DNA of 64,000 nt, taken from contig CAWJRI010000001.1 in NCBI GenBank assembly GCA_963845175.1, forward strand, positions 6,874-70,873, in the 5' to 3' direction. Both the position numbers and the translations under genes were made by a program. Source of the DNA: an uncultured archaeon. Its GTDB lineage: Archaea; Nanobdellota; Nanobdellia; Woesearchaeales; CAIVOO01. Below are positions 37,211 through 47,100 of the stretch, piece after piece (within the stretch, counting starts at the first letter, position 1; every line of letters begins with the position of its first letter). Under the pieces are notes generated by a model that searched no databases, had not been told where the DNA came from, and saw only the letters and a list, made by a program, of their open reading frames with translations.

Positions 37211-40200
37211 ACTTTCTTCTCCTCAAACAGATTCACAAACTTGATTTTCTTGAACTCTCTGCTGTAAAGCTCTGGCACCTGCTCCATTGTGAATATCTTT
37301 TTATTCCTCATTCTGTGTGCGTAGTGCGTCAGTGCGAATGTGATGTCCCTGCACAGCTCCATAGGCAGCTTGTATGTGTTGTGTATCAAATCAACTTTCC
37401 ATTCATACTTTTTCTCAAGCTCGAACGCAACAAGATTTTTCAGTTCACTGTGTTTTTCGCAGTTCTCCTTTAATGTGTAAATCTTTCTGTATTTCTTTAT
37501 CTTATTCTCACTTATTAATTTTTCAATTGTCCCGCTGTCAGCTATCAGTGTTCCTTTTGGCCAGAGCAGAAGCAATAAAATAATAGCTGAGGCTATTACT
37601 GCCCCGACTATCCACCACAGCAGCCCGCTTCTGCCAGAATTTGTATTCGGTGTTGGCTTTTCCTCCTTAGGCTTCTCTTCAACATTTTTCTCAGGTGCTT
37701 TTTCCTCTGTTTTTGCTTTCTCAGCAGGCGTTGTCTCCCCTTTTGCAGGCGTCCTCAACGCAGGCGTCTCATTTGATTTTGGAGGTCCTATATAAGGCGC
37801 GATGCCTCCGCTGTTCTTTCCTGTTTTATTGCTTCCCGGAGGCGTCACTACTCCGCCAAATACATTAATTGTAAGTTTAAAAATTCCAGATTTGCCTGTG
37901 TTTCCTGCAGCGTCTGTGCAGTTGACGCTCCAGTTGTATTTTCCGTTTGCTAATGTCCTTGCGAAGCTCTGCGTTATCCCTTTTGTTATGGTCAAGTTAT
38001 TTGCAACTTTTACTTTATTCAAAATCAGCGAGCAGTTCGAAATGCTGTTAGCGTCGCTCACATTGTAATTGATTGTTGTTGAATTATCTGTCCTTAATGT
38101 GTTATTGGCAGGCGACTGGAGCTTTACAACCGGCGCATTTGTGTCCCTTGTTGTTATGTTTATTACTGTTGAGAGCCTGCTGTTCAGCGTGTCATTGACA
38201 GAAATGTTCAGCCATCTCGTTCCTATCGGCACTGACGTGCTTTCTTCTATCACACCTGTTGTTTTGTTTATCTTGAAGTAACCCGTGTCATTAATCCAGT
38301 ATTGGCTTATTCCGTCTGGGTCAGTTGCATTTACATCATAGTAAAACGAGTCTCCAAACTCAAGTGTCTTGTTCTGCGGCGTCTCCACCCAGGTCGGCGG
38401 TGTGTTTGTAACGCCCAAAACAGTAAGGTTGTTGCTCTTCTTTGCCAGACCATCAACATAGCCGTTATTCGGCGTGATTTCCGCCTGCCATGTCTCTCCA
38501 ACTTTTATTTCCTGCTTTACAATCCTGTCTGTCCTATTGTTGTACAGCGCTTTTATCTGTTCAGCTGACAGGCTTCTGTTGTAGATTCTTACTGAATTAA
38601 TTGTGCCGTTGAATGGGATGCTTCCAGTATCTGTTGTTCCTATGAATGTGCTTGCTGAAACTTCATTCAATGATGGAGGCGTGCATGATGGTGAGCATAC
38701 TATTTGTGGCAGGCTGCCGTCTACATATATCGAAACATCTGTCGTGTTCCATATGCCCACCAGATGATGCCATTTTCCATCCAGAATGCTTATGTTGGCA
38801 ATCGCATTGTACCATGATGCACCATCTGAAACAGCGAAATACGGATATGCGCCAGGAGCAATCGCAAGCCCCCATTGTGATGATGACGCACCAATTGATG
38901 ATGATACTTTTCCAATGATTGCTGCATACCAACCTACGTTGTCTGTCTTTACCCATACCTCTACTGAGAATGCCTCTGATGTGTTAAAAGTAAGCGAAGC
39001 TGAATCATTTATTTCTATGTAATCATCAACTCCATTGAATTTGTAGGCGCCTTTCCCATCAAATCCTCCATTTGAAACCCAAGTTGCTCCATTTACAGTT
39101 CCATTATTCCCATAATGTGAGTAGTCCTTTGTCTTTCCAGCGCCTGCAGAATTATCAGATTCAAACGGCATGTTCAATGCTATAATCGAAGCACCATTCC
39201 TGTACCAGTTGATTATGTTTGTTACATTAAGCCCGTTTGGATCAAATGTTGATTGGTTGTAAACAGTCAGATTTTCATTCGAAGTATTTGTTCCGTATGT
39301 TGAGTTCAGAATCGGCGTCCCCTGCGTCGGCGGCATTGTGTGAACAGTGAAGAACACCTGCGTTGAATTAATGTGATTGACTGTATCATTTACATAAACT
39401 GTAATATTGTTCAGCCCTTCTTGCCCGAAGAAAGTTACATTTATGCATCCAGGCAGCTTCAATTCGCCGCCTGTCACATTAACATACCAGCATTCTGAGA
39501 TATTTATGTTGTCACTTGCAGAATAATTCAGTGTCAATGTTTTTGTGTTATGAAGCGAGTTATTCCGCGGCAGATAGACAACAAGCGCCGGCGGGGTTGA
39601 ATCATTGATTGCACTAACTGCAATATCAACAGTCAGGTTGTACTTTACTGAAGCGCCTGTGTTTCCTGCAGCGTCTGTGCAGTTGACGCTCCAGTTGTAT
39701 TGTCCGTTTGCCAATATCCTTGCGAAGCTCTGCGTTATGCCCTCTGTTATTGTTGTATTAGTTTCATTATTCTTGTTATTTAATATTAATGAGCAATTCG
39801 AGATACTGTTTGCGTCGCTGACATTGTAATTGAATGTTGTTGAATTGACTGTCCTTAGCGTGTTGTTGGCAGGTAACTCAAGCCCTACAACTGGCGCATT
39901 TGTGTCCCTTGTTGTTACATTTATTATTGTTGAGCGCCTATTATTCAGTGTATCATTGACAGAGATGTTTAACCATCTTGTTCCAATAGGCAAGCCAGTA
40001 TTGTTTTGTATTATTCCTATATTTTTGTTAATCTTGAAATAAGTTGTGTCATTAATCCAGTATTGGCTTATTCCGCTCGGGTCTGTTGCGTTGACATCAT
40101 AGTAAAATGGATGTGTAAATTCAACAGTTCTATTTGTCGGCGTTTCGTTCCATGTCGGTGGAGTTGTATCAACAATGAAGAATACCTGCTTTGAAGCGGT

Positions 40201-43200
40201 TTGGTTTGAACTGTCGTTTGCATAGACAGTTATGTTGTTCCGCCCCTCTTTTCCGGAGAATGTAACATTTTTGCACCCAGGCAAATTAATCCTATTCCCA
40301 GTCACATTCGCGTACCAGCACTGCGATATTGCTGTATCATCATGAGCAGTGTAATTGAGCGTGATTGTTTTTGAATTATGAAGCGAGTTGTTTCGTGGCA
40401 GAGAAATATTTAGAATCGGTGCAGTTGCATCGAGCGTGAAGACGATTGGGGTGTCTGTGAGCAGCGCTATATTTTGCTTTGAGTTGACTGAAATGTTAAA
40501 TATTTTTGCATAAGTTGTTGAAACAAACGTTAAGTTAGGGTAGGCAATCCCCTGCGAATTTGTGTATCCCTGCCACAAAATATTTGTTCCATTTGTGACA
40601 TTGACATATCTATTCACTGCCATTGAGCCGTTTGTGTAGTTTATGACAACAGGATAGAACCTGTGTATAATTGAGCCAGATACGAATCCACCTACTAGAG
40701 AAGAAGTAAAGTCAACATACCCTTTGATTGTTGTACTATGTCTTCTTACGCTATTTACTTCTTTAACAATTGATTTTGGTTCTAGGAAATCTACAGTTGG
40801 ATTCCCGCTTAGCCAACCAAATTGGGTGCTATTTAGGTTAGAATTTTTTACATATGTAACAGAATTATTATAGAAATAAATTTTGTATTTCATATTTGCA
40901 TTTTCAATTGTATTATTTGAATTGTCATGAAAATGAACTTCATTGAAGAATAAGCTGTTATTAACAGTATTTACAGAGTCTCCTGAAAAATAACTTACTC
41001 CGCTGAAATTGCACTTATCAATCTTGTTGATCGAATTACCTCTAAAATCAATATTAGAAAGGAATACGCTATTCTTGATATTGTTTATCCCATTCGCTTC
41101 TGCATAAGGTCTTGAGAGATTAAAAGTCACTCCGCTCAAATTCGCCGAACCATAGATATAAATATCAAAATATTTTCCAGCAACCCCACTCCTTATGATT
41201 GATTTTTTTAATATTAAATTTGAAGTTTGATTAATGATAATCCTTCTATCAATATTTGATTGGTCAAGAACAAATGTTGTATTTTCCAAAACTAATGTCG
41301 TGTTTCTTTTTACAAACAGCGTCTGGTTCTTGAAGTACAAAAATGTATTGTTGCAAACAATACCTGCATTCTCTATTGTCCAATTAACATTCGGAGGAGG
41401 CAGCCCGCATCCCGGAAGCACTGAAATGTCATCGGATGTTTTCAGGTATTCATAATTTGTCTGGCTGCAGCTAACATTGTAATAATAAGGACCTGCGGTT
41501 GTGAAATTCCTGCTGAATTCGAACAATTTAGTTGATGAAGTATAGTTCATTGAGCCACTTAAGTCAGAGAAGCTTATGTTGCATGAAGCAGCTGTTATTG
41601 GCGCTCCTGAAGTTCTGTTTGAGTAATTTGCATAGAATATTATTTTTTCATATGTTGTCCTGTTCATCCAGCCGCCTTCTGGATCGTTCTCGTCAAAAAT
41701 TTTTAATTCTGAATTAGCTCCTGCGCTGTAATTTGAGAAGCCGGCAACTTCAAAAGTGAAATTCTTTCCATCATACCCTCTGCTTTTGCAGTTATGACAG
41801 ACAGCCCCATTTTTTAAAACAATTGGTGTTTTCTTAAAATTCAGGCTGTAAATTGTCAAATTTGCAGACTTGTTAAATTGAGAGTATTTGCTTGCGTTCA
41901 TGAAAATCGAATTATTGCCTATTACAAATGCTTCTGAAACCTTTGTCAAATCAATCGATTTTCCGAACTTTACCTTTCCATATCCATCTTTTTTCAATGA
42001 ATTCTCTGTTCCATTTACTTGTAAAATGGCATTTACTGCTTGAAGAACATCGATTCTTGGGAATGATAATCCAGTACGGCTATCGTTTATGAACTTATTT
42101 GTCCTTGTTTTTAACAGTTCCTTGACAACGCTTGGAGTTGCGTTTCTCTTATTTAGGAGCTTTTCTTTTTGATAGATTAGTGCTGCAGCGCCTGCAACAT
42201 GAGGCGCTGCCATAGATGTTCCAGATAAGGTGCGGTAGCCGGTGGCGCTGCAATTGCTGCAGCTGCCCTTGGGCACAGTTGAATTTATAGAGTACCCTGG
42301 AGCCAGCAGGTCAAGTATTCTATCAGTATTTGAAAATAGAGATAACGTATCTATTGCCATGCCTCCTGAACCATCATTAGAAGAGCCGACAGATGTGGCA
42401 TTTGGAGCGCAGGCAGGATAATTAATGCCATCACTTGCTCCATCATTTCCAGAAGCGGCAACCACAAAAATATTTTTTGCAACAGCAGTATCAATTGCAT
42501 TTGCAACCAGCCCGCCATCACTATTGTTTAGATCAATACTCCCTAACTGACATTGAGTATAACGGTTGTTGTGATGCTCGCCATCTCCTAAGCTTAGAGA
42601 TATCACAGAAATATTATACTTGCTTTGATTATTAATACACCAATCAATGGCATCGACAACATCTGGCCAGTGAAACTTTCCACTGGAGTTTGCCACTTTC
42701 ATCGCAACAAGCGTTGCTTCAGGCGCAACCCCCCTCAATTTTCCGTTTGCAGCAATAATTCCTGCAACGTGTGTTCCGTGGCCGTTGTCATCGTAAGGAT
42801 TATTGTTTTCAGAACTGCAATTTTCGTCAGCACAATAGTTATGCCCACCAATAACTTTTGCATTAGGGAAGCTGTTAAAACCTCCAAAATCTGAATGGTT
42901 ATAAGCAATTCCTGTATCAATAATACAGACGCTAACCCCTTTTCCCGTCAAATTTATCCCGTTTATTTTTATACCCTGGACAACATCTGCTTTAATCAGA
43001 GGAACACTTTTGCTTAAGCTAATACTGCCCACATTATCCTTAATTATACTTTTAATATTTTTATTTTTCTCAATCTTTTCAAGTTCTTTTTCTGTGACCT
43101 TTAATTCAAGTGCATTAATATTTGAATATTCATGCTCTATTTTTGTCTCATTCTTGTCAAGTATTTTTTTGACTTCTTCCTGTGCAATTTTTATTCTCTC

Positions 43201-43764
43201 CTTCCTTTGCTCTTCCTCATTATTTGCAACAGAAAACTTCTTTCCTTTTGGGTCTTCAAGAATTACAATGATATCATAGCTTTTTTCTTTTACTCCAGAT
43301 ACAAGACTTTTGTCAATCACAGGATTTTTTTCTTCTTCAACCCAAGTCAAATTTTGCACAACATAGTTTGCCTTTTTCAGCTCCAGGGTCCCGTTTAATT
43401 TAACAATCAGTTCAAAGCTTGTCTGGTTGAATTCGTCAATTGAGCAGGTTTCTTCGCATTTGTCTTCAAAATTTTCTGTGCCGTTGACTATTAAATATGT
43501 TTTATTCGTTGCTTTTAGATAAATTTCAGCGCTTCCATTAACATTTCCAGTCAGCTTGAAGCTTGTCAATCTTGGGATTCTTGGGGATTCAAGGTCGACT
43601 GTCAAATTAGTTGATGAGTTTAATGTCATGTTAATATCTTTTTCATAGCTCAGGTCATTGACATTTTGCCAGAATAAGCCAGTTATATTCGGATTTGAAA
43701 ATGCAAAGACTAGCGCAACTATCAAGACAATTCCTATAATTGCTTCTTTTAGCCTCATTCTCAT
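37207..43764 (-). CDS. Giant (2185 aa) surface protein: signal anchor, subtilisin (S8) protease, beta-helix-like region, repeated Ig-like modules, LamG lectin-like domain, TM helix and a 117-aa cytoplasmic tail
   Basis: S8 triad motifs VCIIDTG (Asp codon at 42918-42916), HGTHVAG and SGTSMAAPHVAG (Ser codon at 42216-42214). LamG-like segment at about 38518-39132 (FSVEVWVKTD...WHHLVGIW...VRIYNRSLS). TM LLWWIVGAVIASAIILLLLLW at 37561-37623. N-x-S/T sequons are very dense. Confidence 0.85.
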   Translation of the reverse strand: MRMRLKEAIIGIVLIVALVFAFSNPNITGLFWQNVNDLSYEKDINMTLNSSTNLTVDLESPRIPRLTSFKLTGNVNGSAEIYLKATNKTYLIVNGTENFEDKCEETCSIDEFNQTSFELIVKLNGTLELKKANYVVQNLTWVEEEKNPVIDKSLVSGVKEKSYDIIVILEDPKGKKFSVANNEEEQRKERIKIAQEEVKKILDKNETKIEHEYSNINALELKVTEKELEKIEKNKNIKSIIKDNVGSISLSKSVPLIKADVVQGIKINGINLTGKGVSVCIIDTGIAYNHSDFGGFNSFPNAKVIGGHNYCADENCSSENNNPYDDNGHGTHVAGIIAANGKLRGVAPEATLVAMKVANSSGKFHWPDVVDAIDWCINNQSKYNISVISLSLGDGEHHNNRYTQCQLGSIDLNNSDGGLVANAIDTAVAKNIFVVAASGNDGASDGINYPACAPNATSVGSSNDGSGGMAIDTLSLFSNTDRILDLLAPGYSINSTVPKGSCSNCSATGYRTLSGTSMAAPHVAGAAALIYQKEKLLNKRNATPSVVKELLKTRTNKFINDSRTGLSFPRIDVLQAVNAILQVNGTENSLKKDGYGKVKFGKSIDLTKVSEAFVIGNNSIFMNASKYSQFNKSANLTIYSLNFKKTPIVLKNGAVCHNCKSRGYDGKNFTFEVAGFSNYSAGANSELKIFDENDPEGGWMNRTTYEKIIFYANYSNRTSGAPITAASCNISFSDLSGSMNYTSSTKLFEFSRNFTTAGPYYYNVSCSQTNYEYLKTSDDISVLPGCGLPPPNVNWTIENAGIVCNNTFLYFKNQTLFVKRNTTLVLENTTFVLDQSNIDRRIIINQTSNLILKKSIIRSGVAGKYFDIYIYGSANLSGVTFNLSRPYAEANGINNIKNSVFLSNIDFRGNSINKIDKCNFSGVSYFSGDSVNTVNNSLFFNEVHFHDNSNNTIENANMKYKIYFYNNSVTYVKNSNLNSTQFGWLSGNPTVDFLEPKSIVKEVNSVRRHSTTIKGYVDFTSSLVGGFVSGSIIHRFYPVVINYTNGSMAVNRYVNVTNGTNILWQGYTNSQGIAYPNLTFVSTTYAKIFNISVNSKQNIALLTDTPIVFTLDATAPILNISLPRNNSLHNSKTITLNYTAHDDTAISQCWYANVTGNRINLPGCKNVTFSGKEGRNNITVYANDSSNQTASKQVFFIVDTTPPTWNETPTNRTVEFTHPFYYDVNATDPSGISQYWINDTTYFKINKNIGIIQNNTGLPIGTRWLNISVNDTLNNRRSTIINVTTRDTNAPVVGLELPANNTLRTVNSTTFNYNVSDANSISNCSLILNNKNNETNTTITEGITQSFARILANGQYNWSVNCTDAAGNTGASVKYNLTVDIAVSAINDSTPPALVVYLPRNNSLHNTKTLTLNYSASDNINISECWYVNVTGGELKLPGCINVTFFGQEGLNNITVYVNDTVNHINSTQVFFTVHTMPPTQGTPILNSTYGTNTSNENLTVYNQSTFDPNGLNVTNIINWYRNGASIIALNMPFESDNSAGAGKTKDYSHYGNNGTVNGATWVSNGGFDGKGAYKFNGVDDYIEINDSASLTFNTSEAFSVEVWVKTDNVGWYAAIIGKVSSSIGASSSQWGLAIAPGAYPYFAVSDGASWYNAIANISILDGKWHHLVGIWNTTDVSIYVDGSLPQIVCSPSCTPPSLNEVSASTFIGTTDTGSIPFNGTINSVRIYNRSLSAEQIKALYNNRTDRIVKQEIKVGETWQAEITPNNGYVDGLAKKSNNLTVLGVTNTPPTWVETPQNKTLEFGDSFYYDVNATDPDGISQYWINDTGYFKINKTTGVIEESTSVPIGTRWLNISVNDTLNSRLSTVINITTRDTNAPVVKLQSPANNTLRTDNSTTINYNVSDANSISNCSLILNKVKVANNLTITKGITQSFARTLANGKYNWSVNCTDAAGNTGKSGIFKLTINVFGGVVTPPGSNKTGKNSGGIAPYIGPPKSNETPALRTPAKGETTPAEKAKTEEKAPEKNVEEKPKEEKPTPNTNSGRSGLLWWIVGAVIASAIILLLLLWPKGTLIADSGTIEKLISENKIKKYRKIYTLKENCEKHSELKNLVAFELEKKYEWKVDLIHNTYKLPMELCRDITFALTHYAHRMRNKKIFTMEQVPELYSREFKKIKFVNLFEEKKV
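37864..38394 (-). repeat. intragenic 531-bp module, copy 2 (B2C2)
   Basis: Colinear with 39625-40155 at a constant 1761-nt offset. There is a 47-nt identical run (37894-37940 = 39655-39701). My hand alignment gives about 76% amino-acid identity (134 of 177). Confidence 0.9.
39328..39603 (-). repeat. intragenic 276-bp module, copy 2 (A2)
   Basis: DSTPPALVVYLPRNNSLHNTKTLTLNYSASD... is paralogous to DATAPILNISLPRNNSLHNSKTITLNYTAHD... at 40156-40431. Confidence 0.85.
39625..40155 (-). repeat. intragenic 531-bp module, copy 1 (B1C1)
   Basis: See the 37864-38394 entry. Confidence 0.9.
40156..40431 (-). repeat. intragenic 276-bp module, copy 1 (A1)
   Basis: See the 39328-39603 entry. Confidence 0.85.
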
Positions 43765-43765
43765 T

Positions 43766-44035
43766 TTATCCTACATAATCTATTTTGTGCGTTTCTCCTA
43801 TGAGCTCCACAGAATATTTGTCAAACTTTACATTCCAAATATTGAAGACATGCTCTATTTCCCTGGATTTGTCAAACGGGATTATGAAGCAGCCTGGGAC
43901 AAGAAATTTTCCACCAGAATCTTCTACAATTCCCTTACGCTTATTCCTTCCTTTCAGAACCTGGACAAATTTGACCTTTGTAAGACTATTTAACTCAGAA
44001 AGATTGTAAACATATATTACCTCTTTTTTGTGCAT
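43766..44035 (-). CDS. Small (89 aa) hypothetical protein translationally coupled to the giant gene
   Basis: Its stop (43768-43766) lies 1 nt before the giant gene ATG (43764). TATA box and palindromic sites lie upstream. Confidence 0.55.
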   Translation of the reverse strand: MHKKEVIYVYNLSELNSLTKVKFVQVLKGRNKRKGIVEDSGGKFLVPGCFIIPFDKSREIEHVFNIWNVKFDKYSVELIGETHKIDYVG

Positions 44036-44063
44036 TTATGTTAATAGGTTAACATATAACTAG

Positions 44064-44071
44064 TATTTAAA
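44064..44071 (-). promoter_or_regulatory. TATA box (TTTAAATA)
   Basis: 28 nt upstream of the ATG at 44035. Confidence 0.4.
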
Positions 44072-44078
44072 TTTTTTG

Positions 44079-44145
44079 GTTAACGAATTAACAAAGTGGT
44101 ATTTGTTGGTTAATGTATTAACAGAATTTAAGTTAATGAATTAAC
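44079..44145. promoter_or_regulatory. Three copies of the palindrome GTTAAY-GN-ATTAAC (candidate operator array)
   Basis: GTTAACGAATTAAC at 44079-44092, GTTAATGTATTAAC at 44109-44122 and GTTAATGAATTAAC at 44132-44145. An additional GTTAAC lies at 44048-44053. Confidence 0.55.
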
Positions 44146-44148
44146 AAA

Positions 44149-47100
44149 TCAAGGATATCCGCAAGTATTTATCGCCCAATTCAGGAATTGTGTTATTGTT
44201 TGGTTATACTCTTTTGCTGTGGATAGATTAATGGGTTTTATAAGCTCGTTATAACCCATTTTGCAGTTGTTTATTTCATTGTTAAGTTGCGTTATCCAGT
44301 TTGCAGGTAACCCCGCTCTTTCACTAGTGCCAGGATTATTTGGGGTTACGTATTCATCACCTATTGTGTGCTGCGACCCAGTTTCCATCCTGTCAACATT
44401 TAATGTAAATCCGTCTATTGTTCCCAATGTTGTATGATTCAAATTATGGCCAAGCAAAATCCCTAAATTTTCGTAAAGCGGAGTAGAAATCGCATTTGCT
44501 TCATTTTCTGTTATATAAACAGTTATGTTTACATATTTAACTGCCTTATTCCCTGCTTTATCTGTTGCAGTTATTTTCATTACATAATGCCCGCTTTTGT
44601 TATAAACTATTTTTGTTGCATCAGCTATATTATCTGATACACCTGGGAAATATACTGCTGTCCCTCCAACACCTGAATAATCAACTGTCTTATTGTCTGT
44701 TATGTCCTTGTCAATTGTTATGTTTACACTATTATCAGCCCTTCCTCCAATTTCTATCGAAGCAATTGACGCCAATGTCCCTGACTGAGCAGGATCTCTT
44801 GCACTATATTCAAGGTAAAATGTATCATTTGTGAATCCCTTCGCAATAGTCTTGATTACATTGCTTCCGTTATCAAGGTAACCAAGATCCAATGTGCCCT
44901 CTAATCCTCCATTTATGAAAGGAGGCGTCGTGTCCTTCACAACAAAGAAATCCCCAATCTTGTGCATCTTCCCCCACTTCAGATTATCATAGGCGTGAAT
45001 CTCATATCTTCCAGGTCCCCAGTTGCAGGGTATGTAAACCTTGTAGTTCTTGTTGTGCTGTTTATTGTCGTTTGGCAGGAATAGGTTCTCAGAAGATTTG
45101 CTCTGGTTTCCGCAGTAGACTGTCTTGCCGTCAACATGGCAAGGGATATTAGATGGGAAAGAACTGCTGTCTGCTGTGTGATTCTCAACAATAAACGTTA
45201 CAGTTGTGTCATTGTAGCCGTTGTTTACGCCGAACATGTTGAAATTAACATATTCGTTGCAAGTATAGTTGTTGTTTCCTTCGAATCTTCCTGAATAAAT
45301 TATATATCCGTCGAAATTCAGACTCTTGTAATATGTGGAGTTCTCAGCAACCTCTGAAATATGCATGCCATTGTCACATGAGCTATCATTCCAATCCTGC
45401 CAGTTCTTCACTCCATTATGATTGCAGTCATCTGTGTAAATAGTAGTGTTCTGCGTAGGCTTGCTGTAATTGTACAAATCAACAAGTATGACAGCATCGT
45501 TGTAGTCAAAGTCTGGCATGATGCTCTTCTTAACGTCAAGGTCTTCAAAATAAATCCTCCAGGTGTCATAGTCAAGCCTGTCGACTATTGCGTAGCTTGA
45601 GTTTGAATAGTGATCATAATCTATTTTCTTTGTGCAGTATCCTGGTACGCAGTGCACTCTGATGTAGAACAAGAGATTTGTCAATGCAGGTATTTTCTGC
45701 CCGTTGTTGATGATTACTGATTCTCCTGTCGAACTGTTCGCGACAAGCAATTTGTCATAAGGCTGTGCAATGCGAAGATCAGATTTTAGGGCAGCATCCT
45801 CCTTTTCAAAAAGGACCTTCACATTGCCTGTTTCAGGCAGTACTATCTGCTTGTCCTCTGTTGGCTGCGTGCTCATCTTATGGTCAAAATCCTTTTCACT
45901 ACAGCCCTGAATGACAATGTTTGTATAACCTGTGCTTGATGTTGTGAATCCGTAATAAGAGCCGTTTGCATCTGTCACAGCGTCGGGAACAGGCTTTGGC
46001 TGCAACGCAGAGTAATTGCCTGTCATATTCTCAGCATCCCAGACGCTAGTGTCATAAAATGATATATTTGCTCCTGCAACCGGCAGGCCAGTGTTTGTGT
46101 CGACCACTCTTCCATAAACATTTGGAATAAAGTTTGAGCAGCTTGGGTAAGTCCCATTCCAGTCAAGGCTGTGAAAGTTGCACACATCTACTGTGTCATT
46201 GCTTCCATCATTGCATTCGGAATTTACATGGCATGACTGGTGGGCGTGAAGTATTATCGATTTTGAGACATTGTCTATGCCGTCAGTCGCCTTCAATGTG
46301 ATGTTGTAATCTCCGTACTGCGTTGAATTGGGTGTCCAGGAAATCACATTGTTTTTGAACGTCGCTCCTGGAGGAAGATTCTGTGCCGAAATGCTGACTG
46401 TGCCGTTGTCAGGATCATTCATATTAATAGAAATATTATTATTGTATGTGCTCCAGGCTTCGCTGTCGCCGGTAATTATTTGGGGAGGAGCATTAAGGTA
46501 TGTGTTGTTCGCAAAAACATTGTTTGAGCTGTTTGCCCTGTACCCGCCGAAATTGAGCAGATTTTTGGTTATCGAATTTCCCATTGAATTGTAGCCAATT
46601 AAAATTGCTGTTGCGCTGTTGCGCGTTACATTGTTTTTGCTGATTATGTTATTGTTATCCCGAAGCCCTCTTGAGGGAACAATGTCACTCATCAGCAGAA
46701 TTCCTTCAAATGCATTGTTCTTTACATTGTTATTCCTTATCTCGTTATTGCTTGAGTTGAAAAGCGCGATTCCAGGACCAAGGTTGTTCAGCACATTGTT
46801 GTTTAATATGTAATCAGGTCCTGCATTTCCGACGTAAATGCCAGAATAAAATCCTCTTTTGCTTTCGCTTGTGTCGTATCCGCCGTTTCCAGTCAGATTG
46901 TTGCCAGCAACATAGTTGTAAACTGCATTGTTATTATTGTTGCCGGTAATCTGGATTCCTGAGTTTGAATTGTAATTTACATTGTTGTTTGTGACATTGT
47001 TGTAGTCATCACCGTTCTGGAGCGTGATTCCGTATTCCTGATTTTCAACAACATTATTTTTTATGATATTGTATTTGCAGCTTGTTGCATCATTCAATAT

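Noticed and set aside
37864-40431. The intragenic repeats in the giant gene might be a diversity-generating retroelement template/variable pair.
   Set aside because: No reverse transcriptase gene is in the window. The repeats are about 530 nt long, and differences between copies occur at all four bases rather than being adenine-specific.
44048-44145. A short CRISPR-like array.
   Set aside because: There are only three 14-bp palindromes with 9-16 nt spacers. That is far too short and irregular, and no cas genes are present. The sites are interpreted as operators.
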